Positions 7,773 to 17,059 of a stretch of 33,675 nucleotides of DNA are shown here, one piece after another (the first letter of the stretch is position 1; the number at the start of each line of letters is the position of its first letter). Source of the DNA: an uncultured Candidatus Poseidoniales archaeon (GTDB lineage: Archaea; Thermoplasmatota; Poseidoniia; Poseidoniales; Thalassarchaeaceae); assembly GCA_964016345.1 (NCBI GenBank), contig CAXHFM010000003.1, positions 1 to 33,675 on the forward strand, given 5' to 3'. The translations under genes and the position numbers were made by a program. The notes under the pieces are model-generated. The model did no database searches, was not told where the DNA came from, and saw only the letters and a program-made list of their open reading frames with translations.

Positions 7773-9497
7773 CTAGACTCTTTCCCCGTATGAAAGATAC
7801 CTGATGAAAGACCCTAATATTATTCCAGAGACTGCCAAGCTTTCCTCATTGAATCGTTCCATAGTATCCAGATATGTGTGGTATTCACTTGAACCAGAGC
7901 CATAGCACACTAGGGCCTTACCATATTCCATGCCATCATCTGGCTGATTATCAATCTCATAAACGAAGGGTGCATGATCTGAGTTATACGGCATAGCAGT
8001 AGATGGGATATCATTCACATTTACACTATATTTAGATGACAAGTCTGCATGAACGTCAGAAAACTTCACTGTGATCCCCCTGACTATCTTCGTATCCGTG
8101 GGACTATTTCCATAGATAGTCAGGCCATTATTCCTTTCCAAGTCTACATGATTCATATCTAGGTTAATATTCAAACGCAAGTTTTCTGAGAGCATATTAC
8201 GATACTTATCGACCCATTCCTTAGACCCCCAGAGACCTTCCTCTTCCCCTCCCCATGTACAGAAATAAATCGTATATTCAGGCTCTCCTAGCCTAGATTC
8301 AAGTATCGAAAATTGCCTGGCAATTTCCTGTAATGTTGCCACCCCTGAACTATCATCAACTGCTCCTTGTCCATTGTAAACGGTATCATGATGAGCACCC
8401 AGAACTATAATTGAATCAGTTTTTCCCTCGATAATTCCACACGGGACATGTATAGTCGAAACAGCCTGGTTATTCACATCTATCCTCATCTGGATTCGAC
8501 CATCTCCATTGATGACACTTTCAGATATTGTGGTGCCCACGCTCTTTGAGACCATTATGAATCCAAATGAGTCTGGAATGAAATCAAACCTCGTCAGATC
8601 TATGCCCTTGAAGTAAGGTACACAGTCATCCATCACCAACTCGTTACAATTAGTCAAGGAGTTAACGGTAATCATTGAATTAACATCGTTAGCTAAGGCC
8701 CTCTCCAACAAATCAGTATTCCCACCAGTCCCTATTTCTATCCAGACCATGGCAATTTTACTAGCAGCCAAGGACCAATCAGAGTCTTCGCTACCATTTC
8801 CTAGATCAATAATCTCAGCGTTTTCAGTATGGAAAATATCTACTGACCCGCTGTATCCTTGGATTACATAGTCCTCTCTATGGGTGAATTGAGTTATCTC
8901 CCTGTTTGCATCAGCGGCTGAGCAGGGGGTCGGTCCTCCGAAAATATTCCCGATATCTCCTGGGACACATATGGATAAATCCGGTTCTTCTCCAATTTCA
9001 AACATATTAACATCAAACTCATCCATCGTAGATGGTATTCCCATGGATGTAAAATTACTTTTAATTGCATTAGCCGTATTCTCCTCTTCTACGGTTCCGG
9101 ACATTCTCCCTTCCCACTCAGGATGTCCTAAATCAACCAGTGTCTGAGCGAATTCTCTGGTCTTGCCAGTGTCAAAATCAATGAGTACATATTCTGGTTC
9201 GCCTTGAACAAAATCTAGTATTTCATCACCATATATCACAACTCCGCCTGATCCACCAACAATTAGTATCGAAATCACCATTAGTGTTGAAAATGGTAAA
9301 TCTTTAATCCTATTTAGTAATCTTCTAAATCCCTTGTTCTCAGATGGCAAATCTACAATTTCAGCCGGAAAAACAGAATTTTCTTCCAGCCTCCTAACTA
9401 GCTCCTCCTTTCTCCCCGAAACAGGGATCCCTCTTTCTCTGAGAATATCTTTAAGTTCGGATACCGATAAATCGGACCATCCAGATGATTTGCCCAT
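7773..9497 (-). CDS. Membrane-anchored M28 metallopeptidase with PA-like insert and N-terminal SAP domain
   Basis: GAHHDT, GAVDDSSG, GEEEGLWGS, NLDM, SDHAPF, YHTYLDT. N-terminal LSVSELKDILRERGIPVSGRKEELVRRL followed by a TM helix. Confidence 0.9.
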   Translation of the reverse strand: MGKSSGWSDLSVSELKDILRERGIPVSGRKEELVRRLEENSVFPAEIVDLPSENKGFRRLLNRIKDLPFSTLMVISILIVGGSGGVVIYGDEILDFVQGEPEYVLIDFDTGKTREFAQTLVDLGHPEWEGRMSGTVEEENTANAIKSNFTSMGIPSTMDEFDVNMFEIGEEPDLSICVPGDIGNIFGGPTPCSAADANREITQFTHREDYVIQGYSGSVDIFHTENAEIIDLGNGSEDSDWSLAASKIAMVWIEIGTGGNTDLLERALANDVNSMITVNSLTNCNELVMDDCVPYFKGIDLTRFDFIPDSFGFIMVSKSVGTTISESVINGDGRIQMRIDVNNQAVSTIHVPCGIIEGKTDSIIVLGAHHDTVYNGQGAVDDSSGVATLQEIARQFSILESRLGEPEYTIYFCTWGGEEEGLWGSKEWVDKYRNMLSENLRLNINLDMNHVDLERNNGLTIYGNSPTDTKIVRGITVKFSDVHADLSSKYSVNVNDIPSTAMPYNSDHAPFVYEIDNQPDDGMEYGKALVCYGSGSSEYHTYLDTMERFNEESLAVSGIILGSFIRYLSYGERV

Positions 9498-9557
9498 AGT
9501 TGCCTTAATTCACACCGACTATTGAACCCATTTGGGAGATTATCTCAAATAAATCGG

Positions 9558-10136
9558 TTATTCCAGTTTTACTTCTTCACCAGTCCATCTCTTACCGAGA
9601 GTGTGTGACACGCCCATCTGATCCAAAATTCTAGCTACGACGAAGTCAATTAAGTCTCCAATTGTCTCTGGCGAGTTATAGAATCCAGGATTCGCCGGTA
9701 ATATCACAACCCCCCATGAAGACATCTTTGCCATAGCTTCTAAGTGAGGTGTGGGTGTTGGCGTTTCCCTTGGTACTATGATTAGCTTCCTCCTCTCCTT
9801 GATTGCGACAATGGCGCTTCTAGTTGACAAATTATCAGATATTCCTGCTCCAATCTTTCCAATGGTTGTCCCACTCGCCGGACAGATTACATAAGCGTCA
9901 TACAATGCTGAACCAGAAGCCGGCCTAGCGGCAAGATTGGCGTTATTGTGAATGGAGACGCCCTCAATTTCATTCAGATCTTTGGCCCCTATGCCACATT
10001 CAAGTCTGAGATTGATTTCTCCAGCTTTACTCACTATGAGATCAATTTCCCATCCGGCCATACTTAATTGCTCAACTAACCTAACTCCATATTGAGCACC
10101 TGAGGCCCCGGTTATTGCTACCACTGCGCTGGGCAT
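9558..10136 (-). CDS. ubiX: Flavin prenyltransferase
   Basis: VAITGASGAQYG, PASGS, ICPAS, KERRKLIIVPRETP, PGFY. Confidence 0.94.
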   Translation of the reverse strand: MPSAVVAITGASGAQYGVRLVEQLSMAGWEIDLIVSKAGEINLRLECGIGAKDLNEIEGVSIHNNANLAARPASGSALYDAYVICPASGTTIGKIGAGISDNLSTRSAIVAIKERRKLIIVPRETPTPTPHLEAMAKMSSWGVVILPANPGFYNSPETIGDLIDFVVARILDQMGVSHTLGKRWTGEEVKLE

Positions 10137-10172
10137 GGTGGGTCGTCAATGCTACATGCCTTGAATGGTTGC

Positions 10173-11366
10173 CTAACTCCCTATGATTGATTTTAGCGAT
10201 TCTGAGAGATATTCAAACTCCTCTTTTGTATTGTATATATGAGCTGAAATCCTGATATATTTTACACCGTGAATAGGCCATGCGATAATAGGTACTTGAA
10301 TCCTGTACTGATCATAGAGTAAATTGTGAGTGGGCTCTCCATCTGGAGGAGAGGGGAGAACTTTGCCTCCTCCGGGGAGTTCAATCGATGACATCGAAGA
10401 AATCATAGAATCAGGCGTCGGAGCTGTGGTTTCTAGAGCCTCACATACAAGCTCCCTTCCTTGGAGTATCATCTCCTTGTTCTTCCTCATTATCTCTTCC
10501 CAACCTCCTTTAATCTGACTCCCCAAGTACTCAATAGAGAACGGAATACAAAGCCAAGGACTAGGATCCCGTGTACCTGACCAGTCAAATTCAAAACGAA
10601 ATTTCTCTGCAGCAGGTAAATCACTTGAATAGCCATGTCCTATGCTTAGTGGGCTAATTTTTCCCCTCTTATCTTCTCTAATGTGAAGAAAAGCAGAACC
10701 CTTTGGAGTACACATCCACTTATGGCAATTTCCAGTAATATATGCTGGATTCAATTCACTTATGTTTAGAGGAACAATTCCAGGGCCATGAGCGGCATCA
10801 ACCAGAACATCGACACCCCTATCCTGCAGTAGATATACTAGGCTCTCAAATGGCATCCTTACACCAGTAGGACTGGAAACAGTATCTATCATTGCCAATA
10901 CTGTTCTGCTGGTAACTGCAGACAAGATTGGCTCAATGATTTCTGAATCATCATCCACTCTAAATGGAACATGTACAATTACTGTTCTCGCACCAGATCT
11001 TCCAGTGACGAAATCAATGGCATTTTTGCAAGCTTGATATGCGTGATCTGGAACGATAATCTCATCTCCCGGTGAAAGTTTTAGAGATTTTAGTACAGTA
11101 TTTACTCCCATTGTCGCATTGGTAACGAAGACCATCCCTTCTGGATCCGCATTAAGAAATCTGGATAGCTCAAAAATGGACGCATTCCATAGATTTTTCA
11201 TCCTCCGCTCCACAAAATATACTGGGTCTTTCTCCATATCATTCCTAATCCTATCCTGTTCCTCACGAACAGCAATGGGGGCCGCACCAAATGATCCATG
11301 ATTCAGAAAGACTGTTTCAGGGTCTAATCCCCATAACTCAGCAAACGGGCCTTTCTCTGGAATCAT
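10173..11366 (-). CDS. Class V PLP-dependent enzyme (CefD/Egt2/L-cysteine desulfhydrase-like)
   Basis: FLNHGSFGA, NATMG, VDAAHGPG, GNCHKW (PLP lysine). Start MIPEKGPF at 11366, 1 nt after the lipB stop. Confidence 0.88.
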   Translation of the reverse strand: MIPEKGPFAELWGLDPETVFLNHGSFGAAPIAVREEQDRIRNDMEKDPVYFVERRMKNLWNASIFELSRFLNADPEGMVFVTNATMGVNTVLKSLKLSPGDEIIVPDHAYQACKNAIDFVTGRSGARTVIVHVPFRVDDDSEIIEPILSAVTSRTVLAMIDTVSSPTGVRMPFESLVYLLQDRGVDVLVDAAHGPGIVPLNISELNPAYITGNCHKWMCTPKGSAFLHIREDKRGKISPLSIGHGYSSDLPAAEKFRFEFDWSGTRDPSPWLCIPFSIEYLGSQIKGGWEEIMRKNKEMILQGRELVCEALETTAPTPDSMISSMSSIELPGGGKVLPSPPDGEPTHNLLYDQYRIQVPIIAWPIHGVKYIRISAHIYNTKEEFEYLSESLKSIIGS

Positions 11367-11367
11367 C

Positions 11368-12036
11368 CTAAGTCCACACATCCTCGTCCACATCGTATCT
11401 AGGAACTCTCCCCAGAATTTTTTGGCATGTCTCAACCAATGCATCCTCAATTCTTTTGACATCAATTTTGTTGCCTGCGCTATCGTAACAATATCCAAGT
11501 TTGTGCAGACAAGTATGAGTTCCTTCCTGCATGCCACAACCAGATACCTTCTCAACCCTGGAACCCGGTGTATTCACGTTTATTGACATCCCATGCCTAC
11601 TGACCCACCTAAAGAAAGAAAGACCAATGGAGCAAATTTTGTGTCCATCAACCCACACTCCCTGCATCGCTTTGTCTTTGTATGAATCAATGCCACATAC
11701 CTCGAAAGCCGATATTGCCCAATCCTCCAGTAGAGATATTACTGTTCGGACACTTTGGAATTCCCCTTCCCACTTAATTATTGGATAGACAACTAGTTGC
11801 CCAGGCCCATGCCATGTTGCCCCTCCTCCTCTATCTGTTTCAAATATCTGATAATCTTCAAACTGCACTCCATCCCTGACTGCCTTGGGCCCCAAGGTAA
11901 CAACTTCTGGATGAATGACGAAAATTAGAGTATCTTCAATTTCATTCTCGATTCTTCTTTCCTGTAATTTTTTCATCTTCTCGAAAACTGTAGAATACTT
12001 CTCTACTCCCAGCCGGAGTATCTTTATGTCCGACAA
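11368..12036 (-). CDS. lipB: Lipoyl(octanoyl) transferase
   Basis: HPEVVTLG, DRGGGATWHGPGQLVVYP, KICSIG, HG, GCG. TTG start with a GAGGTG SD. Confidence 0.92.
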   Translation of the reverse strand: MSDIKILRLGVEKYSTVFEKMKKLQERRIENEIEDTLIFVIHPEVVTLGPKAVRDGVQFEDYQIFETDRGGGATWHGPGQLVVYPIIKWEGEFQSVRTVISLLEDWAISAFEVCGIDSYKDKAMQGVWVDGHKICSIGLSFFRWVSRHGMSINVNTPGSRVEKVSGCGMQEGTHTCLHKLGYCYDSAGNKIDVKRIEDALVETCQKILGRVPRYDVDEDVWT

Positions 12037-12045
12037 GAATCCACC

Positions 12046-13482
12046 TCATGCTGAATGGATAGCGTGTCCTAGAGACTTTAGAACGCTCTCATGGAAGGCC
12101 TCTGTCATTGTCGGATGAGCATGGACTGTATCGGCAATATCCTCTAAGAGGGCACCCATCTCAAGAGCTAGTACAAACTCTCCATGGAGTTCTGCTACAT
12201 GACTGCCTACTGCCTGTATTCCTAGGATAACATGATCAGAATCCCTAGCTACAACTCTGATGAATCCGCCTGTTTTCTCAGCTTCAAGAGTTAGGGCCCT
12301 ACCATTCGCAGCAAGTGGAAATTTCCCAACAATTATTTCCTCGCCCCTTTCTCTGGCCTCATCAGGCATCAAACCCACAGAAACTATCTCTGGTTCGGTA
12401 AAGACGATTGCAGGGATGGCAACTTTGTCAAATTCCCTATCTAAACCAGAAATAATCTCAGCTACCATCTCTCCCTGTGAACTAGCCTTATGCGCCAGCA
12501 TTGGCTCCCCAGCAACATCACCGATAGCGAAAACACCCGGGATGTTTGTCCTGCATTGTCTGTCAATTCTGATGAATCGTCCGGAGTGATCCATCCTTAC
12601 TCCCATCGTCTCTAATCCCCAATCCTTGGTATTGGGCCTCCTTCCAACAGTTACCAATACCTTGTCAACCTTAATTGATTGAAGCTCGCCATCCTTCTCG
12701 AACGATAGCTCTACTTTCCTAGAGGCGCCTCTACCCTTGACCTCTGCACCCTTCGCCAGAGAGTTAGTATGGATAGAGACTCCATGCTTCTTCAGCCATA
12801 TCTCCAGAGGCCTTCGGAGCTCCTTGTCAAATATTCCTAGTATACTGTCCATTCCCTCTATTACCGTTACCTCTGATCCTAGTTTAGAAAGTGCGCAACC
12901 GAGCTCCAATCCAATATAGCCCCCTCCAACTATAGCAACCTTTGCGGGCAATGAATCTAACTCAAGAGCCCCCGTAGAAGAGAGTACGAATTCTTCATCA
13001 CAAGGCATGAAAGGAAGGTCTATATGGCCAGATCCAGTTGCTATGATGACATTTTCTGCCTCAATTTCTACATCCCCTTCTGACGTTTTAACATTACACC
13101 TCTTAGGGCCAGTAAAAGTCGCCCATCCTTTTACTAAGTCTACACCGGCTCCCTTCAACAGAGACTCAACGCCTTTATTCAAACGATCTACAATTGCATC
13201 CTTCCAAGAAATTAGAGATGGCATATCTAGCACTGGTTCAGATGTTATCGAAATTCCCATATGTCCATTCTCAGAACTATGTTTCGAAAGTGACTCAAAT
13301 CTTTCAGCAGCATGTATCATAGCCTTGCTCGGAATACAACCTCTAATGAGACAGGTCCCACCGGATTTATCTCCTTCTACAACAATGGTATCAAGGCCGA
13401 GCTGGCCAGATCTAATTCCAGCTACATAACCGCCAGGGCCAGCGCCAATGATCAAGACTTGACATTTTCTAATTTCGTTCAT
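12046..13482 (-). CDS. lpdA: Dihydrolipoamide dehydrogenase (E3)
   Basis: GAGPGGY, GGTCLIRGCIPSK, GGGYIGLE, HAHPTMTE. Confidence 0.97.
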   Translation of the reverse strand: MNEIRKCQVLIIGAGPGGYVAGIRSGQLGLDTIVVEGDKSGGTCLIRGCIPSKAMIHAAERFESLSKHSSENGHMGISITSEPVLDMPSLISWKDAIVDRLNKGVESLLKGAGVDLVKGWATFTGPKRCNVKTSEGDVEIEAENVIIATGSGHIDLPFMPCDEEFVLSSTGALELDSLPAKVAIVGGGYIGLELGCALSKLGSEVTVIEGMDSILGIFDKELRRPLEIWLKKHGVSIHTNSLAKGAEVKGRGASRKVELSFEKDGELQSIKVDKVLVTVGRRPNTKDWGLETMGVRMDHSGRFIRIDRQCRTNIPGVFAIGDVAGEPMLAHKASSQGEMVAEIISGLDREFDKVAIPAIVFTEPEIVSVGLMPDEARERGEEIIVGKFPLAANGRALTLEAEKTGGFIRVVARDSDHVILGIQAVGSHVAELHGEFVLALEMGALLEDIADTVHAHPTMTEAFHESVLKSLGHAIHSA

Positions 13483-13491
13483 TACGTCACC

Positions 13492-14784
13492 TCACATGAA
13501 TATCATAGCAGGATGCTCAAGCATTCTTTTCAGATGCTGTATCAGATTAGCTCCATCAGCTCCATCGACTACTCTATGATCAAAGGAGCTAGAAAGATTC
13601 ATGATTCTCCTAACTACTACATTTCCGCTTCTAATAACTGGCATTTCCCTGGCTTTGTGAACTCCCAATATGGCCATCTCTGGGTGGTTAATAATAGGTG
13701 TCGCGCCAAGGCCTCCTTCTCTTCCAAGACTGGTAATTGTGAAGGTGGAACCAGTTAAGTCATCAAGACTAGCTGTCCCAGTTCTAGCCGCACCGGAAAC
13801 ACGGATGAGATCACCTGCCGCTTGCCAAATATCCATTGCCTCGACATTCTTGACTACAGGAACGTACAGTCCCCTGTCTGTCTGCGTGGCTATTCCCAAG
13901 TTTACGGCTTCATGGCGGTGAACCACTCCTTCATCATCATAGAAATATCCATTACATTCTGGATGTTCTGGCATAATCTTAGCCAAGGCTAGCATAATGA
14001 AAGGCAAGTAGGTGAGTTTCGGCTGATCCTCGCCACGACCAGCATTCAGTGTCTGCCTCAATTTTTCAAGCTCAGTAACATCAACCTCCTCAAAATATGA
14101 GAAATGAGGGATAGAAAAAGCACTCTTGACCATCTGCTCGGAAATCTTCCTCCTCAGGCCGACAATTTTGATTTCACTAACTCCGCTTCTCTTCGTTGTG
14201 TAAGCCACAGGGGGGGCGCCCATTATGCTCCCGCTTCCTGCAACGAAGGCATCAATGTCTGCATGTCTAATTCTTCCAGCCGGGCCGCTTCCATTCAATG
14301 ATGAAAGATCTATTCCCGACTCTCTGGCCCTTCTTCTAACGGCCGGACTGGCTAGCACTGTTTTGGAGCTAGACACAGGTATCTCAGGAGCCAAAGCTTC
14401 AATTGGTTTGGGAATTTCAGGTGGTTGTACCTTAATTTTCTCTGGGATCTTTGCTGGTAATTTCTTCTCTTCAATAGGTTTCTCTTCTTCAGATACTTCA
14501 GTCTCAGCCTCTTTAGCATCATTGGAAGTTGCAGTACTAGTTCCATCGGTATCGAATTCTATTAGCACTGACCCAACAGCGACCATATCTCCTACCTCCC
14601 CATTAAGAGATAGAACAGTGCCATCAGTTGGGGAAGGAATAGTTACTGTTGCCTTATCAGTCATGACATCAACTATTGGGTCATCCTCAGAAACCGAATC
14701 CCCCACAGAAACGTGCCATGTGACTACTTCGCCTTCGACGACTCCTTCTCCAATATCAGGTAGTTTGAAATCATACTTCGCCAT
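13492..14784 (-). CDS. bkdB: Dihydrolipoamide acyltransferase (E2) of a branched-chain 2-oxoacid dehydrogenase
   Basis: Single lipoyl domain (VMTDKATV), ASPAVRRRA subunit-binding domain, FDHRVVDG. Confidence 0.93.
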   Translation of the reverse strand: MAKYDFKLPDIGEGVVEGEVVTWHVSVGDSVSEDDPIVDVMTDKATVTIPSPTDGTVLSLNGEVGDMVAVGSVLIEFDTDGTSTATSNDAKEAETEVSEEEKPIEEKKLPAKIPEKIKVQPPEIPKPIEALAPEIPVSSSKTVLASPAVRRRARESGIDLSSLNGSGPAGRIRHADIDAFVAGSGSIMGAPPVAYTTKRSGVSEIKIVGLRRKISEQMVKSAFSIPHFSYFEEVDVTELEKLRQTLNAGRGEDQPKLTYLPFIMLALAKIMPEHPECNGYFYDDEGVVHRHEAVNLGIATQTDRGLYVPVVKNVEAMDIWQAAGDLIRVSGAARTGTASLDDLTGSTFTITSLGREGGLGATPIINHPEMAILGVHKAREMPVIRSGNVVVRRIMNLSSSFDHRVVDGADGANLIQHLKRMLEHPAMIFM

Positions 14785-14785
14785 G

Positions 14786-15799
14786 TTAATTCTCCTGTGT
14801 TTTCGCTATCGCCGCGGCCACTCTGTCTGGTCCGGGCATGTAATCCCATTCAGTAGTATGGGGGAAAGGAGTGTCCCATCCAGTTACCCTCTCTATTGGG
14901 GATTCCAGACTCCAAAAGCATCGTTCCTGAATAGATGCTGCCATTTCAGCTCCGAAACCACTAGTTTTTGGGGCCTCATGAACGATTACGCACCTACCAG
15001 TCTTTTGGATCGATTTGACTATCGCCTCTCTATCCCAAGGAACTAGAGTTTGGAGGTCAATGAGGTCGCACGATATCCCACTATTCTTGATTGCTTGCTC
15101 GCACACATGAACCATTGCCCCCCAAGAGATTACCGTACATCGGTCTCCCTCCATGGCTAATCTTGCCTCACCCAGGGGAATCGAATAGTAGGATTCAGGG
15201 ACCTCTGCCTCTGGATGGTCAGACCAAGTTGGCACATTGTGTGGATCTCCGTAGAATGGTCCTCTGTAGCATCTCTTAGGCTCGAAGAAGATCACTGGAT
15301 CATTATCCTCTATCGCGCTGATCAATAGTCCCTTGGCGTTGTAAGGAGTTGAGCAATAGACGACCTTTAGGCCTGGTGTATGGGTAAACTGAGCTTCAGG
15401 AGATTGTGAGTGATGATGACCTCCTCTGATTCCTCCTCCTGCAGGGGTCCTGATAGTTACAGGACACCAGAACTCCCCTCCAGAGCGGTGTCTAACCTTG
15501 GCCATCTCGTTAACTATCTGATCATAAGCCGGAAAAATATAATCAGCGAACTGAATCTCAACCACAGGCCTAAGTCCATTAATGCCCATCCCGAAGGCTG
15601 TTGCCGCAATTCCTCCCTCTGAAAGAGGTGAGTCAAAGACCCTATGCTTTCCATGTTTCTCTTGCAGGCCATCACAGGTTCTGAATACGCCGCCAAAGTA
15701 TCCGATATCCTCCCCAAACATTATGACATCATTATCCTTTGATAGCATTGTATCAAGTGCATTATTTACAGATTCTACCATGTTCATATTGGGCATCAT
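14786..15799 (-). CDS. bkdA2: 2-oxoisovalerate dehydrogenase E1 beta subunit
   Basis: GEDIGYFGGVFR, EIQFADY, GGHHHSQSPE, FFEPKR. ATGA overlap with the E1-alpha stop and a GGAGG SD. Confidence 0.93.
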   Translation of the reverse strand: MMPNMNMVESVNNALDTMLSKDNDVIMFGEDIGYFGGVFRTCDGLQEKHGKHRVFDSPLSEGGIAATAFGMGINGLRPVVEIQFADYIFPAYDQIVNEMAKVRHRSGGEFWCPVTIRTPAGGGIRGGHHHSQSPEAQFTHTPGLKVVYCSTPYNAKGLLISAIEDNDPVIFFEPKRCYRGPFYGDPHNVPTWSDHPEAEVPESYYSIPLGEARLAMEGDRCTVISWGAMVHVCEQAIKNSGISCDLIDLQTLVPWDREAIVKSIQKTGRCVIVHEAPKTSGFGAEMAASIQERCFWSLESPIERVTGWDTPFPHTTEWDYMPGPDRVAAAIAKTQEN

Positions 15800-17037
15800 G
15801 AATCCCTCCATCTCTTCATCTCGTCCCACTGTTCTTCTAGATGCCAAGGAGGATTCTCGTAAACTTCCGTGAAGATTGCATCAGACGATGGATATGGCCC
15901 ATTGGCCAAATCTCCAAATTTGACAGCTTCTTTGTATGCTGCCATCACCTCAGAATCTATTCTTTCAGAAAGCTTCTGATGATCCTCGTCTGACCATTCA
16001 CCTATCTCTTTGAGATGGTCTCTAAGACGATTTATTGGGTCTCCTCCAGGCCAAAATGAATGTATATCGGATGGCCTATATCTAGATGGGTCATCGCTAC
16101 TACTGTGGGCTCCTGCACGATATGTTAGGACCTCTATGTGTGTAGGGCCTAGTCCTGCTGATGCCCTCTCCCTGGCCCAAGCGGTAACAGAATACAGAGC
16201 CAAGAAATCGTTTCCGTCAACGCGTATACTGGGAATTCCGTATGGCAGGCCCCTCACTGCGAAATTACCATTTTTACTCGCGAAATTTTTGTGTGTTGAT
16301 ATTGCCCACTGATTATTGACAACGTTCAGAATGACCGGAGCTTGAAAAATACTGGCGAAATTCAGTGCATAATGATAATCCCCTTCGGCACTAGCACCAT
16401 CTCCGATCCATGTGATAGTGACTTCGTCTAGTCCCTTGTAATCTGAAGCCAAAGCAACCCCAACGGCCTGGCTAAACTGTGTCCCAACAGGACTTGAAAC
16501 AGAAATGAATCGCCCGTCTCTGTAAGTGTAATGAACGGGCATTTGTCTGCCTTTGACATTGTCCATTTCATTCCCAATGCAATGGCATATCATACTGACC
16601 ATATCCCTCCCTCTAACGAATTGTGCGCCTGGCTGCCTGTAAGTAGGGAATAACCAGTCTTGCTCTTTCAAGGCCATGGTCTGAGCTATAGCAACCGCCT
16701 CCTCTCCGTAAGATCGCATGTAGAATGAGAGCTTTCCAGTTCTCTGCATTTTCATCATCCTGTCATCAAATATACGAAGCCTCATCATATGCTCGAGGCC
16801 GGAAAGCATTTCTTCTTTGGAGAGCTTTGGGTCCCAATGTCCTGAGGACTTATTGTCGTGGCCAAGAACCCTAACTAGGCCCTCTGCAAGTGAGGCAGTT
16901 TCAGGCGCGCCACAATCGACATCAGGCCTTTTCAAATCCTCTGGCGACCATGGCCATTCGACGAAGCCAGCCTCATCACCTGGCCTATGCGGTGCATCGG
17001 GGATATGAAGTGGGTCAGGGCCGGGTTCCTCACTCAT
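15796..17037 (-). CDS. bkdA1: 2-oxoisovalerate dehydrogenase E1 alpha subunit
   Basis: QRTGKLSFY...GEEA, KGRQMPVHY, GDG...NN TPP motif, YRAGAHSSSDDPSRYR. Confidence 0.93.
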   Translation of the reverse strand: MSEEPGPDPLHIPDAPHRPGDEAGFVEWPWSPEDLKRPDVDCGAPETASLAEGLVRVLGHDNKSSGHWDPKLSKEEMLSGLEHMMRLRIFDDRMMKMQRTGKLSFYMRSYGEEAVAIAQTMALKEQDWLFPTYRQPGAQFVRGRDMVSMICHCIGNEMDNVKGRQMPVHYTYRDGRFISVSSPVGTQFSQAVGVALASDYKGLDEVTITWIGDGASAEGDYHYALNFASIFQAPVILNVVNNQWAISTHKNFASKNGNFAVRGLPYGIPSIRVDGNDFLALYSVTAWARERASAGLGPTHIEVLTYRAGAHSSSDDPSRYRPSDIHSFWPGGDPINRLRDHLKEIGEWSDEDHQKLSERIDSEVMAAYKEAVKFGDLANGPYPSSDAIFTEVYENPPWHLEEQWDEMKRWRDS

Positions 17038-17059
17038 GGTAGATTCACTCCCTCAATAC

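Noticed and set aside
11367-11555. N-terminal extension of the class V enzyme overlapping lipB
   Set aside because: Family similarity begins near MIPEKG, whose ATG abuts the lipB stop.
14225-15046. 273-aa plus-strand ORF and the many other antisense or alternate-frame ORFs in the track
   Set aside because: Shadows of well-supported genes, with Ser/Ile/Pro-rich composition and no motifs.
15800-15847. N-terminal extension of E1 beta
   Set aside because: The GGAGG SD and ATGA overlap indicate a start at 15799 or 15796.
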